From NCBI GenBank assembly GCA_012523575.1, contig JAAYIF010000052.1, forward strand, positions 14,635-78,634: DNA of 64,000 nucleotides, in the 5' to 3' direction. Shown in pieces: positions 40,008 to 49,774 of the stretch. Made by a program: the position numbers and the translations under genes. The notes beneath the pieces are model-generated. The model was not told where the DNA came from, did not search any database, and saw only the letters and a list, made by a program, of their open reading frames with translations. This DNA comes from Clostridia bacterium (GTDB taxonomy: Bacteria; Bacillota; DTU086). Position 1 is the stretch's first letter, and the number at the start of each line of letters is the position of its first letter.

Positions 40008-40075
40008 AAAAGCCCTTCAAAAAGTTGGGCACTTCAATAACTAAAAATTTTATCTTTTAGGGCTTTTTTCCCACA
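40008..40075. terminator. Long bidirectional hairpin terminator between the cynS and greA regions
   Basis: AAAAGCCCT…AGGGCTTTTTT with a nested CTAAAA/TTTTAG stem. U-runs on both strands. Confidence 0.4.
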
Positions 40076-40231
40076 AACTTAAAAGCTATTATATAAACCT
40101 AAAATGTCCTTGTCAAGAACCAGCCAAAGAAAACTGCCAACCGTACCCGGGTTGACAGCCGCTGTCCATACATGTATTAATTAAGGGGGATGGCTCCGGG
40201 AAGAAGTTTAATTCCTAACTATCCATTAGAA

Positions 40232-40645
40232 CTAAAACACTTTATAGGGCAGGAACTTGGAATCTATTGTAATAACGGCTCTGTTGCCTTTTTTCTCAAA
40301 ACGAACTTCCAGATCGATGGCGCTCAAAATACCGTCTCCGAAATGCTCGTTAACCAGATCTCTTATGGAATCTGCGTATACTTCAACCATTTCGTGAAGT
40401 CTGTATTTCAAGGGATCCCAATTTCTTATGGGGGGCTTTTTCAATGGAGCTACTGTTTCCTGGTCAAGCTCCAAAATTTCGGCAAGCTTTGCTGCGGATT
40501 CCTCTGTTAACGGATGCTGGCCGTGAAGAACGCATCCCATATAAACGGGGTCATGTCCCACTTTAGCAGCGAGTTCTTCAATGGAAAGCCCTTTTTCTTC
40601 CTTCTTTTTCCTTACTATCTCCAGGGCCTTTTCCAGCTCCATCAA
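40232..40645 (-). CDS. cynS: Cyanase (cyanate hydratase)
   Basis: 137 aa. C-terminal domain …HFGDGILSAIDLEVRFEKKGNRAVITIDSKFLPYKVF is nearly colinear with E. coli CynS …KFGDGIISAINFKLDVKK…GERAVITLDGKYLPTKPF. Confidence 0.85.
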   Translation of the reverse strand: MMELEKALEIVRKKKEEKGLSIEELAAKVGHDPVYMGCVLHGQHPLTEESAAKLAEILELDQETVAPLKKPPIRNWDPLKYRLHEMVEVYADSIRDLVNEHFGDGILSAIDLEVRFEKKGNRAVITIDSKFLPYKVF

Positions 40646-40866
40646 TACACCTCCATTAACATTTAAAATTTTTTACCCGGAACCATCCCCTTATGTAATT
40701 TAAATTTTCACAATCTTCACTGTGATATTCTTCATATTATTCTTCATAAGAAAGATAATTCCTTCCAATTATAAAATAATTATTAATTTTTTATTTCATC
40801 ATTTTAAAAATCATTGCCGCTGTAACTCTATCCCTTTCTTAAAAGGGTTTAGTGCCTTCCGGACCG

Positions 40867-41619
40867 CTACAGCGGCACCACAACGGGTATATCCCCCAAC
40901 TTTTCCACAGTCACCGAAATACCATAAACAGCGGAAATGTTTTTCGGGGTCATAACCTCCAGGCCGCCACAGTCATATATGGTACCGTCCTTCAAAAACA
41001 AAAACCTGTCCGCAAAGCGCAGAGCCAAATTTAGGTCATGCATTACCAGAACCACTGCAATTTCCCGCTCCTTTGCGGCATCCTTTACTATTTTCATCAC
41101 TTCGTACCGGTTTTTTAAATCCAGGCTGCTGGTGGGCTCATCCAGCAGCAGCACCCCTGGCTCCTGGGCCAGGGCCCTTGCAATGATTACCCTCTGCAGC
41201 TCTCCCCCACTCAATTCATCGAGATAGCGCAGGGAAAAGTCCTCCAGATTTAGGGATGCCAGGATTTCCCGAACAATCTTCATATCCTTTTCCGAAGCCT
41301 CCCACCCTATGTGGGGTTTTCTCCCCAAAAGCACGGCATCAAAAACGGTAATCCTTCCCCCTTCATTTCTCTGGGCCGCATAACCCACCCTGCGGGCAAT
41401 TTCCCGGGAGCTTAAGGAAAAGAGGTCATCGCCGTCGATGAAAACCGTCCCCCTTTTGGGTTTAAGAATCCTGTTTATGCATCTTAAAAGGGTGGTTTTC
41501 CCCGCCCCGTTGTTTCCCAGTATGGAAAGGATCTCTCCCCTGTTAACGCTGAATTTAATATCCCTTAAAACGGGCCGTCCGTTGTAGCTGAATTCAATTC
41601 CGTCCACCGAAAGGATCAT
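40867..41619 (-). CDS. Iron-complex/cobalamin-type ABC transporter ATP-binding protein (FepC/FecE-like)
   Basis: 250 aa. Walker A GNNGAGKTT, signature LSGGELQR. Confidence 0.85.
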   Translation of the reverse strand: MILSVDGIEFSYNGRPVLRDIKFSVNRGEILSILGNNGAGKTTLLRCINRILKPKRGTVFIDGDDLFSLSSREIARRVGYAAQRNEGGRITVFDAVLLGRKPHIGWEASEKDMKIVREILASLNLEDFSLRYLDELSGGELQRVIIARALAQEPGVLLLDEPTSSLDLKNRYEVMKIVKDAAKEREIAVVLVMHDLNLALRFADRFLFLKDGTIYDCGGLEVMTPKNISAVYGISVTVEKLGDIPVVVPL

Positions 41620-42689
41620 CTTCCGCCGTTCCCCCTTGTCAAAAGGTATATAAAAAGGGGCGCTCCCATAAACGAAGTAACGGCTCCCACAGGCAGTACC
41701 ACAGGAGCTATGATGGTGCGGGCAATGGTATCCGAGGCTAAAAGGAGAAATCCCCCCATAACAGCCGAAGCGGGTATGAGAAAACGATGATCACCGCCCA
41801 GCACCCTCCGCATTATATGGGGTCCTAAAAGCCCGATAAAGCTGATTATTCCCAAAAAAGAAACTATAACCGCCGTAATCAACGAAGCTCCAAACATCAC
41901 CAGCATTCTTATTCTTTCAACATTGACACCCAGGCCCTTTGCCGTTTCCTCACCGCCGTCAATGGCATTATAGTTCCAGCGGTTTGCCATAAGGTACAGG
42001 AAAAATATTCCCACCACTAAAGTCATTATTTTAATTTCTCCCCAAGATGCCCTGCCGATGTCCCCAAAGGTCCAAAAAACCAGGGATGCCACCTGCACAT
42101 CACTGGCAAAATACTGAAGAACTACGGTGGCAGCAGAAAAAAGGGATCCCAGGGCAACACCGGCCAGGATCATGGCCTGGGGGGTTACCCCTCTTATGCG
42201 GGCCAGCATAAGTACAATTACGGTGGTCAGTATGGCCCCGATAAAGGCCGTGACGGAAACAATATAGGGGCTGTTAATAATGACGGCAGCGGCCCCGGTG
42301 CTATGCAGACTTCCCGCCCCCAAAGCAATAATTGCCACCGCAGCCCCAAAGGCCGCACCCTGGGAAACCCCTAGGGTTGAAGGAGAAGCCAGGGGATTCT
42401 GTAGCAAATTCTGCATAACGCATCCCGCCACGGAAAGGCCTATTCCGGCGATAAAAGCCGCCGCAATGCGGGGCAGCCTTATGTTCCAGACAATTACATT
42501 CAAGCGCCGGTCCCCTTTTCCCAAAAGCGCAGAAAAAACCTCCGCCGGGGAAAGGTCCGTTGACCCGGCATTAAGGGCATAGATACCCAGGACAACACTT
42601 AAAAGAAAAATAAGGAATATTATAAGAACCTTTCTGCCCGTATATTTAAGGTATCCTTGGTAAATATTTTCCGTTATTCCCTGTTCCAT
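41616..42689 (-). CDS. Iron-complex/cobalamin-type ABC transporter permease (FecCD family)
   Basis: 357 aa, ~9-10 TM. Confidence 0.85.
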   Translation of the reverse strand: MEQGITENIYQGYLKYTGRKVLIIFLIFLLSVVLGIYALNAGSTDLSPAEVFSALLGKGDRRLNVIVWNIRLPRIAAAFIAGIGLSVAGCVMQNLLQNPLASPSTLGVSQGAAFGAAVAIIALGAGSLHSTGAAAVIINSPYIVSVTAFIGAILTTVIVLMLARIRGVTPQAMILAGVALGSLFSAATVVLQYFASDVQVASLVFWTFGDIGRASWGEIKIMTLVVGIFFLYLMANRWNYNAIDGGEETAKGLGVNVERIRMLVMFGASLITAVIVSFLGIISFIGLLGPHIMRRVLGGDHRFLIPASAVMGGFLLLASDTIARTIIAPVVLPVGAVTSFMGAPLFIYLLTRGNGGR

Positions 42690-42708
42690 TGCTTACCACT
42701 CCGGTTAC

Positions 42709-43839
42709 TTATTCGAGATTCTTCAGGGTGATTTTTTTAAAACCTCCAAAATCCTCTGCCATCTGTTCATACAGGGGTTTCCCCAGCATAAATCCGTATA
42801 TCTCATCGGCTTTCTTTACGGGGTCCACGTCTTTGAACTGTTCAGGAAAAACAACCTTCCCCACGAAAAAGGCATCCGCCACGGCAGTATCAATGTTGGC
42901 GGTATAAAAAATGAAGGGAATCTGCCCGTAAACCCTCTCATTTTTAAAAGCCTTAAGGGACTGATAAAACTTCTTATTCTTTCTGTAGTCCTCCCTAACT
43001 AGGGGTAAGCCGCCTTCATCAATAAAAATTATGTCAGGATCCCAGGATAAAAGCTTTTCCTTCTCTATCATAATACTTCCGCTGCTTCCCGTTTCATCCG
43101 CCACATTGACCGCTCCCACGGCATCAAAGGGGCCGTACTCCGCAGCGGTGCTCTCTATGCCGTGAGAGCCCTTCATGCCCAGAGCACCCACATAAACCCT
43201 GGGCCTTTCATCCTTCGGAATATCCCCGGTCCTCTTCATCAGATCCTTCCGGCACTTCTCAAGATATTCTACAACCATTTCCGCCCTCTCTTCTTTTCCC
43301 GTTACCCGGCCGATGAGTTTAAGGGATTCATACACATCCTCATCAAAGGGAACCTTTTCTCCGTAGGAAAGAACAATCACCGGGATACCCGTTTTTGCCT
43401 GTAGCTCATCGGCCCTGGATTTGTCCAGGAGATAGGCGGCAAAAATAACATCGGGCTTCACTGCCACCAGCTTTTCCATATCGGGGGCGGAATCCGGACC
43501 TCCCTGTCCGATGGTGGGGAGGTTTTTAAGTTCAGGATGGGCTAAAATGTACGGTCTCCCAACGGAATGCTGTTTTTCGAAATTTTCAATACCCACAACC
43601 TTTTCCGCTCCCCCAGCGTAGCAGACCAGTCTCAGGGCACCGGGACCAATGGCAACCAATCTTTCGGCAGGAACGGAAACCTCCACCTTCCGGCCCAGCA
43701 TATCCGTAATTACGGCCTTATCACCGTTTTGTTCCGCAGCATCCTTTGTTGAGTCGGCAGAACCGCAGCCCCCTATAAAAGCAGCAAAAAGCAGAACAAG
43801 CGCCAAAGCCGCCACTGTTTTTCTTAAACCAAAGCCCAT
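42709..43839 (-). CDS. ABC transporter substrate-binding lipoprotein (class 8 PBP; siderophore/B12 type)
   Basis: 376 aa. Signal peptide plus lipobox FIGGCGS. GGGGAG RBS. Confidence 0.8.
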   Translation of the reverse strand: MGFGLRKTVAALALVLLFAAFIGGCGSADSTKDAAEQNGDKAVITDMLGRKVEVSVPAERLVAIGPGALRLVCYAGGAEKVVGIENFEKQHSVGRPYILAHPELKNLPTIGQGGPDSAPDMEKLVAVKPDVIFAAYLLDKSRADELQAKTGIPVIVLSYGEKVPFDEDVYESLKLIGRVTGKEERAEMVVEYLEKCRKDLMKRTGDIPKDERPRVYVGALGMKGSHGIESTAAEYGPFDAVGAVNVADETGSSGSIMIEKEKLLSWDPDIIFIDEGGLPLVREDYRKNKKFYQSLKAFKNERVYGQIPFIFYTANIDTAVADAFFVGKVVFPEQFKDVDPVKKADEIYGFMLGKPLYEQMAEDFGGFKKITLKNLE

Positions 43840-43860
43840 TTACCGCTCACTCCCCTTTTT

Positions 43861-43908
43861 ACGGAAAAAATAAGGTCCCCGCCTTATACCCAAGGCAACG
43901 GGGACCTT
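43861..43908 (-). promoter_or_regulatory. Terminator-like hairpin in the 5' leader immediately upstream of the transporter SBP gene (candidate attenuator)
   Basis: Minus strand: AAGGTCCCCG-…17 nt…-CGGGGACCTT followed by ATTTTTT, ending ~20 nt before the RBS. No room for a promoter between the hairpin and the ATG. Confidence 0.4.
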
Positions 43909-44145
43909 CATGGTCACATTCTTTGCAATATGAAAACTATAAATAAGGAGAATTTATTATGAGGACTGCGCTCCTTCATGAAGCGCTTTATCACATATTA
44001 CATTAGTATTCTACACACCCTTTCAAATTCCTTTTATCAACCAAATTTTTCATAAGTTTTTCCTTAATGTTTTGCTTATAGATGTCTGGTATGGGTTTCG
44101 GAGTAAGAAAACTGCAGCAGAAACCCTTTGTCAACAAACTGAAAA

Positions 44146-45237
44146 TCAGACAACCATGTGTTTTTCAGCCTTTTTGGCATTCTCCTTAACGGAAATAATC
44201 TCCTCCTCCGTAAGGGACTTTTCAAAACTCCTAAATCCTGCCAGTTTAAAGCCGTGTTTTTCCCCAAGCCTTCTGATCTCATCCACCTGCTCTATGGTTA
44301 TGTCCCTGCCCAAAGTGAAGTTCTCATATCTCCCTTCCAATGCAAGGATCATGGTTTCCGCCATGCAGGCAAGGGTAACGTTTTTGGGGTATCCGATACT
44401 AAGGTCGGTTTCCACAGCTCCGGGGATTTGCACCAATCCCCCTTCAATCACCAGAACATCCTTTCTTTTTTCCGCCACCCGGCGGGCCACATCTCTAGGC
44501 CTTGCCACATCGCAGACCACCGCTCCCGGGGAAAGGTGCTCCGGCTGTATAATGGCCTCTGCGGAAGAAGTGACTGTTATAACCACCTTTGCTCTTTTAA
44601 GGGCCCTTTCCAGGTCACTGGTTACGGAAACTGCCAGCCCCGTTTCGTGCATAATTATCCTGGAAAGGCGGTCCAGCTTTTCTCTGTTTCTGGCAATGAG
44701 AGTGAGATACTTGCATTCCCTTGCCATAAGCCTGGCGCATACCGCCCCAATGGAACCCGTCGCTCCCACTACCACAACCTCTTCCTCAGATATATCAATG
44801 CCCATGATTTCCGCTGCCTTTTTTGTTCCCTCCATGGCAGTGGCCACCGTATAGCTGTTTCCCGTGGTTACGGCAATATTTAAATTTTCTGCCACCGTTA
44901 TCCCGGCATCGGCCACCACGGAAGTCATGGCTCCAAGGCCCACAATTTTGGCATCGTATTTTTCCCCCAACTTTCCTGACTTTATTATCCGTTTCAACAC
45001 GTACCTTTCCGGAAGATACAGCATCTGCCTAGTAGTCAAGGGGCATACAATGAAAACCCCAGAAACTTCCTTTCCCGTGGCAGCGGATCGTATTCCCCTT
45101 ATGGAAGCAAGTTTAAAGGGCGGTGAAAGGCGGAAGCTTCCCTCCACTATTTTTCCGGGAACCTTGCGGGCAAAATGAAATTTTCGAAAGATGTCACTGA
45201 CGTCCAGTGGATGAACTATAAAGGCGAAATCAGCCAT
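44146..45237 (-). CDS. Acyl-ACP reductase (AAR)-like / shikimate-DH-fold NAD(P)-dependent dehydrogenase
   Basis: 363 aa. Colinear similarity to cyanobacterial AAR (…GYPKN…ETMILALEGRYENFTLGRDITIEQVDEI…HGFK vs …GGYPKN…[29 protein letters not shown]…HGFQ). Rossmann motif VVGATGSIG. Confidence 0.7.
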   Translation of the reverse strand: MADFAFIVHPLDVSDIFRKFHFARKVPGKIVEGSFRLSPPFKLASIRGIRSAATGKEVSGVFIVCPLTTRQMLYLPERYVLKRIIKSGKLGEKYDAKIVGLGAMTSVVADAGITVAENLNIAVTTGNSYTVATAMEGTKKAAEIMGIDISEEEVVVVGATGSIGAVCARLMARECKYLTLIARNREKLDRLSRIIMHETGLAVSVTSDLERALKRAKVVITVTSSAEAIIQPEHLSPGAVVCDVARPRDVARRVAEKRKDVLVIEGGLVQIPGAVETDLSIGYPKNVTLACMAETMILALEGRYENFTLGRDITIEQVDEIRRLGEKHGFKLAGFRSFEKSLTEEEIISVKENAKKAEKHMVV

Positions 45238-46204
45238 GAATAAGCCTCCTTTCGGGTTCCACCCCGGATTTTATCCCTTGGGAATTTGGAGTGTTTTGGT
45301 CCGTAAAATCCACTATTCTGGGTTTAAAGCCCATTTTATCAATCATTCGGGAATAATCCTGGGGCGTAATTTCTTCCTGGGGTTTTTCCAAAAAAGCAAC
45401 CATCAAAGCTTCCATGACGTTGGTTCCGAAGGATCGCCCGTTGAATTCTGGGGTTGTGGTTATTAGTTTTGCCACTCCCCTGTCCCTCAACATTTCCACG
45501 TCTTTGGGGGTAACGGTATTGGTTATTATTATCTTTCCCTTGAGGTTTTCGGGGATATGGCGTTTTATATAGTGAAAATCCCCGGCAATGATTTCAGCTT
45601 CGTAGTAGTACTTTGCCACCTTCCGGCTGGGCTTTTTGGTTTTTTTGTTTCCCGAAGGATACAACAATTTGATGGGAAGAAAAGTCACCGCCGGAGCCGC
45701 TATGCGCGCCAATTTGTCCATGGTTTCAAGGGAATAAAGGGGAATGGGAATACCCAAACCAAACATGAGATCTCCAATGGTCAAATTGGCATGGTGCTTT
45801 ATCATTTCCTCCGCCATTCCAAAGCGGTCAGCAGCGCACACCATCAAAACCTTTTTGCCCTCGAAGGAAACAATGGATTCTTTCTGAAGATAATCCACAA
45901 CCCTTCTTTCCAAAGTATTTTTGAGGCCGCTGCCGTCCACAATGGGCGTCTTTTTAACGGCTGAAACCATTTTTTTGCCGTCCCTTAAGGCATACCTCTT
46001 TTTCCCCACATAAATATAAAGGTCAGTGCCCCCTATTCCAAAGGCATCAACGGTTCCGTCCAGCTCCCTCAAAAGGGATAGAGCCCTGGCCAGGTTTCCG
46101 TCGGTTCCAATTCTTTCTATATGAACCTTTTCTCCGAAAATCTCCGTCTCCACTTTATGGTTCCTCTCCGAAGAGCCTAAACTTATGCTGACTACCTTCT
46201 TCAT
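45230..46204 (-). CDS. Conserved protein of unknown function (co-operonic with the AAR-like dehydrogenase)
   Basis: 324 aa, MKKVVSISLGSSERNH… Overlaps the downstream gene by 8 nt. Confidence 0.6.
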   Translation of the reverse strand: MKKVVSISLGSSERNHKVETEIFGEKVHIERIGTDGNLARALSLLRELDGTVDAFGIGGTDLYIYVGKKRYALRDGKKMVSAVKKTPIVDGSGLKNTLERRVVDYLQKESIVSFEGKKVLMVCAADRFGMAEEMIKHHANLTIGDLMFGLGIPIPLYSLETMDKLARIAAPAVTFLPIKLLYPSGNKKTKKPSRKVAKYYYEAEIIAGDFHYIKRHIPENLKGKIIITNTVTPKDVEMLRDRGVAKLITTTPEFNGRSFGTNVMEALMVAFLEKPQEEITPQDYSRMIDKMGFKPRIVDFTDQNTPNSQGIKSGVEPERRLIHG

Positions 46205-46223
46205 CAGACGGCCTCCCTTAATT

Positions 46224-46754
46224 TCATTTGTCCAACATCACCCTGTCAATGATCTTTTCTATTTCCTCAACGGGTACATATTTGTCGCCCTTTATGGGAG
46301 ATTTTCCGATTTCAATCCCAATCACTTCCTTGTCCAGAAGGGCTTCGCTCAGCTTTATCCTGTAGTTGGAGCCCAGCACAAGCACCACATCATAGCTCCT
46401 CAATTTGGTAATAATTTCCATAACAGTGTTGAAAAGCTCCATCCCGTTGGACTCCTGCACAAACCGCCAGCGCTCCTCATCGGTCATGATAAGCATGTAT
46501 TCAACGCCTCTGGAGGCCAAAGCATTTTGTAGCTCTTCCTTGTTTTCTATGGGAAAGCCAACAACGGCTATGCGCTTTCCCTTCCGGATCTCTCCCAAAC
46601 TTTCCAATCTGGAAATGAAGGTTCTGTCCACATTCATCTTTTCCCCCACTTCCTGCTGGGAAAGGCCCGAGGAACGCAGCTGCAGTATTTTGTCCACAGC
46701 ATTGTAAATTTTGTCCACACTTATTAACTTGCTGCCGATACGAATGATTTTCAT
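46224..46754 (-). CDS. HTH-domain putative regulator with C-terminal domain of unknown function
   Basis: Start set at MKIIRIG (AAAGG RBS). HTH-like LSQQEVGEKMNVDRTFISRLE. Confidence 0.55.
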   Translation of the reverse strand: MKIIRIGSKLISVDKIYNAVDKILQLRSSGLSQQEVGEKMNVDRTFISRLESLGEIRKGKRIAVVGFPIENKEELQNALASRGVEYMLIMTDEERWRFVQESNGMELFNTVMEIITKLRSYDVVLVLGSNYRIKLSEALLDKEVIGIEIGKSPIKGDKYVPVEEIEKIIDRVMLDK

Positions 46755-46856
46755 AACTATAACCTTTGTGCACAAAAATGTCTACATATAATTTTAGCAG
46801 AAACTAACTCTTTTATTCAATTTTGACATAAAAAAAAGAGGCCCAAGAAAAAACTT

Positions 46857-47828
46857 TCAGCCTCTTTTTTCCTTGATTTCCCCAAGGAACTCCTTCAAAG
46901 TTTCAATGTCCTTTATTCTGTTTATCTTTTCTCTGATTTGAGCCGATTTGGGCAACCCCCTGGTATACCAGGCTAGATGCTTCCTCATTTCCAGAAGGGC
47001 CCTTTTTTGCCCTTTAAACATAAGGGCAAGTTCCAGGTGCCGTTCCGCTGTTTCCAGCCTTTCCAGGTAATCCGGTTCGTGAAGCAATTCCCCGCAGGCT
47101 AAATAAACCGTAGTGCGTTTAAAAATCCAGGGGTTTCCCCTGGCTCCTCGCCCGATCATAACGGCGTCACAGCCGGTAAAGTCCATCATCTTCCGGGCAT
47201 CCTCGGGAGTCCAAATGTCGCCGTTTCCTATAACGGGTATATTTACGGAGCCTTTAACTTCCTTTATAATATTCCAATCTGCCTCACCGGAGTAAAACTG
47301 CTCCCTGGTGCGCCCGTGAACCGTTACCGCCGATACCCCCACCTGCTCCAAAGCCCTGGTCAACTCCACGGCATTTACCTCTGTCTTATCCCAGCCCTTT
47401 CTCATCTTAACGGTTACCGGAACCTTCACCGCTTTGACCACAGCTTCCGCTATCCTTACCGCCAGATCAAGATTCCTCATTAAAGCAGCGCCGTCCCCGT
47501 TTTTTACTATCTTGGGTGTAGGACAACCCATATTGATGTCAATGAGTGCAGCTCCCGCTTCTTCTGCCACCCTCGCCCCTTCCGCCATGGAAAGGGGTTC
47601 GGAACCGAATATCTGAACGGCCACTGGCCCAGATTCCCGGGACAGGTCGATGAGTTCAAGGGTTTTTTTATTTTTATGGCAGAGCCCTTTGGCGCTGACC
47701 ATTTCCGTATAGGTGAGGCCGCAGCCGAACTCCCAGGCTAAGATGCGGAAGGCTTTATCGCTTACCCCCGCCATTGGGGCTGAAAATACCGGGTTGTCCA
47801 GTTCAAGGGTTCCAATCCTCATCCCCAT
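46857..47828 (-). CDS. dusB: tRNA-dihydrouridine synthase
   Basis: 323 aa. TIM-barrel Dus motifs (APMAGVSD…GCP…). Confidence 0.9.
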   Translation of the reverse strand: MGMRIGTLELDNPVFSAPMAGVSDKAFRILAWEFGCGLTYTEMVSAKGLCHKNKKTLELIDLSRESGPVAVQIFGSEPLSMAEGARVAEEAGAALIDINMGCPTPKIVKNGDGAALMRNLDLAVRIAEAVVKAVKVPVTVKMRKGWDKTEVNAVELTRALEQVGVSAVTVHGRTREQFYSGEADWNIIKEVKGSVNIPVIGNGDIWTPEDARKMMDFTGCDAVMIGRGARGNPWIFKRTTVYLACGELLHEPDYLERLETAERHLELALMFKGQKRALLEMRKHLAWYTRGLPKSAQIREKINRIKDIETLKEFLGEIKEKRG

Positions 47829-47835
47829 GCCTCCG

Positions 47836-48603
47836 TTAACTACTGCGTTGGTAAATAATTCTCAGCCCCTTAAGGGTAAGATCGGGATCAATGTAATCTA
47901 TGCTCTGGGCGTATCTGCCCACCATGTCAGCCAATCCCCCAGTGGCCACCACTAGGGTGGGCGTTCCCAATTCCTTCTTGATGGCAGCCACAGTGTAGTC
48001 TATCCCTCCAATAAGGGAACACATGATTCCCGACTGCATGCTACTTATGGTATTTTTCCCGATAACCCTGTGGGGTTTTTTAAAGTCCACCCTGGGGAGC
48101 TTTGCGGTCCTGTGAAAAAGGGCTTCCATGGATATGAAAACCCCCGGGGAAATGGTTCCCCCAAGATACTCCCCTTTTTCGGAAACCACGTCAAAGGTGG
48201 TGGCAGTTCCAAAATCCGCCACGATAACGGGTCCACCATACAACTCATAGGCGGCAACGCCGTTGGCTATTCTATCCGCCCCCACTTCTCTGGGATTATC
48301 GGTCTTGATGGGCATTCCCGTTTTTACCCCCGGCCCCAGTATAAGGGGTTCAACTTTAAAGAGGGATCTGATGAGGGTTTCAAATATTCCAGTTACCGTG
48401 GGAACCACCGAAGCCAGAGCAGCTCCGGAAATTTTCTTCAAATCCATTCCCCGATAATGAAAAAAATTCCTTAATAGGACCTCATATTCGTCAGCGGTCT
48501 TGCTGTCATCGGTTTTTATGCGCCACGAGCTTAAAAGCTCACCTTCCCCGTCAAAAACTCCCAAAACAATATTGGTATTTCCCACATCCACAACAAACAA
48601 CAA
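47836..48603 (-). CDS. coaX: Type III pantothenate kinase
   Basis: 255 aa, MLFVVDVGNTNIVLGVF… ASKHA fold. Confidence 0.9.
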   Translation of the reverse strand: MLFVVDVGNTNIVLGVFDGEGELLSSWRIKTDDSKTADEYEVLLRNFFHYRGMDLKKISGAALASVVPTVTGIFETLIRSLFKVEPLILGPGVKTGMPIKTDNPREVGADRIANGVAAYELYGGPVIVADFGTATTFDVVSEKGEYLGGTISPGVFISMEALFHRTAKLPRVDFKKPHRVIGKNTISSMQSGIMCSLIGGIDYTVAAIKKELGTPTLVVATGGLADMVGRYAQSIDYIDPDLTLKGLRIIYQRSS

Positions 48604-48623
48604 TTTTGAACCCCTCCGCCTCG

Positions 48624-49589
48624 TTACTTTTCAACGGTAACCTCTCCGGAATAAAAAGTCTTCCTTTCCCCTGAAGGGGCTTCCAATATAAGGCCCCCCT
48701 CAGGGGTTACGTCCACGGCCAGGCCGTAATACTCCCTATCCCCCTGCTTAAGGGTTAGATGTTTTCCCAGGGTGCTGTTCCACTTCTTCCACTTTTTCAT
48801 AACTTCATGAAAATCTCCACGAAGATAAGCATGGTACATATTTTCCATGGAATATAGAATTTCCGACAAAAGCACTTTACGGTCAACGGGTCGGCCGAGC
48901 ATAAGCTTAAGGGAAGTGGCCGTTTCTGAAATTTTCCCAAGGTCTTTTTCATCCAGATTTACGTTTAAGCCCACACCCTGAATGATGTATTGGACCATAT
49001 CCGTTTCGGCCTTCATCTCCGTCAGAATTCCACATACCTTTTTGCCTTCAATGAGCAGGTCATTGGGCCATTTTACGGAAATCCCAAGGCCGGTAACTTT
49101 CATTACTGCCTCACAAACCGCCGCGGCACTGAGAAGGGTTGTGCCCATGGCCCGGTGGGGCTGTATCTTAGGCCTTAAAATAAGGGACATCCAGATTCCC
49201 CCTTTGGGGGAATGCCAGCCTCTCCCCAATCGGCCCCTGCCCTTCCTTTGCTCCTCAGCAATAACCACTGTCCCTTCTCCGACACCCTTTTCCGCCAGCT
49301 CCTTTGCTTCGGTGTTGGTGGAATCTACCACCGTAAAGTGTACCAGCTTTTTCCCGAAGATTTTGGTTTTAAGAAGGGGGCGCACCTCCCAGGGATACAG
49401 AATGTCCGGAGAAGAAATAATCCTGTAGCCCTTCCTGGTGGAAGCCTCTACAACATAACCCCTGCGCCTCAATTCGCTGATGTGCTTCCATACCGCTGTC
49501 CTAGAGATGCCAAGCCTTTCGCTTATTTCCTCACCGGAAACATATCCCCTTTCATTTTCCCGAAGCATGGCCAGTATTTTTTCCTTCAA
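48624..49589 (-). CDS. birA: Bifunctional biotin--[acetyl-CoA-carboxylase] ligase / biotin operon repressor
   Basis: 321 aa. N-terminal HTH plus BPL domain (GRGRLGRGWHSPKG). Confidence 0.9.
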   Translation of the reverse strand: MKEKILAMLRENERGYVSGEEISERLGISRTAVWKHISELRRRGYVVEASTRKGYRIISSPDILYPWEVRPLLKTKIFGKKLVHFTVVDSTNTEAKELAEKGVGEGTVVIAEEQRKGRGRLGRGWHSPKGGIWMSLILRPKIQPHRAMGTTLLSAAAVCEAVMKVTGLGISVKWPNDLLIEGKKVCGILTEMKAETDMVQYIIQGVGLNVNLDEKDLGKISETATSLKLMLGRPVDRKVLLSEILYSMENMYHAYLRGDFHEVMKKWKKWNSTLGKHLTLKQGDREYYGLAVDVTPEGGLILEAPSGERKTFYSGEVTVEK

Positions 49590-49774
49590 AGCAGATCCCA
49601 GCTCCTAACCCTGAATCTTTTTAACAAAATCCGCCCCTGCTTCCCCGGATCCTAAAAAGTACTATTTACTTAAAGAACCACCTGTTAAAGAAGGAGCAAA
49701 AGCGGTTTTTGCTCATCCTAAATTTTACCATAGGCTATTATTAAGAACCATAGCTATTTTTAATTCTTAATGTC

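Noticed and set aside
43840-44145. Cobalamin riboswitch upstream of the siderophore/B12-type ABC importer
   Set aside because: Looked for the B12 box (…GCCACTG…) and the GGTGAAA…GGGAA core on the minus strand and found neither. Kept only as an unclassified leader hairpin.
44072-44883. Plus-strand ORFs of 260 aa and 241 aa antisense to the AAR-like gene (and similar long antisense ORFs inside metX, the ABC-2 permeases and pan/fol genes)
   Set aside because: Low-complexity S/T/P-rich translations with no RBS, fully embedded in well-supported genes on the opposite strand; these are typical antisense artefacts.
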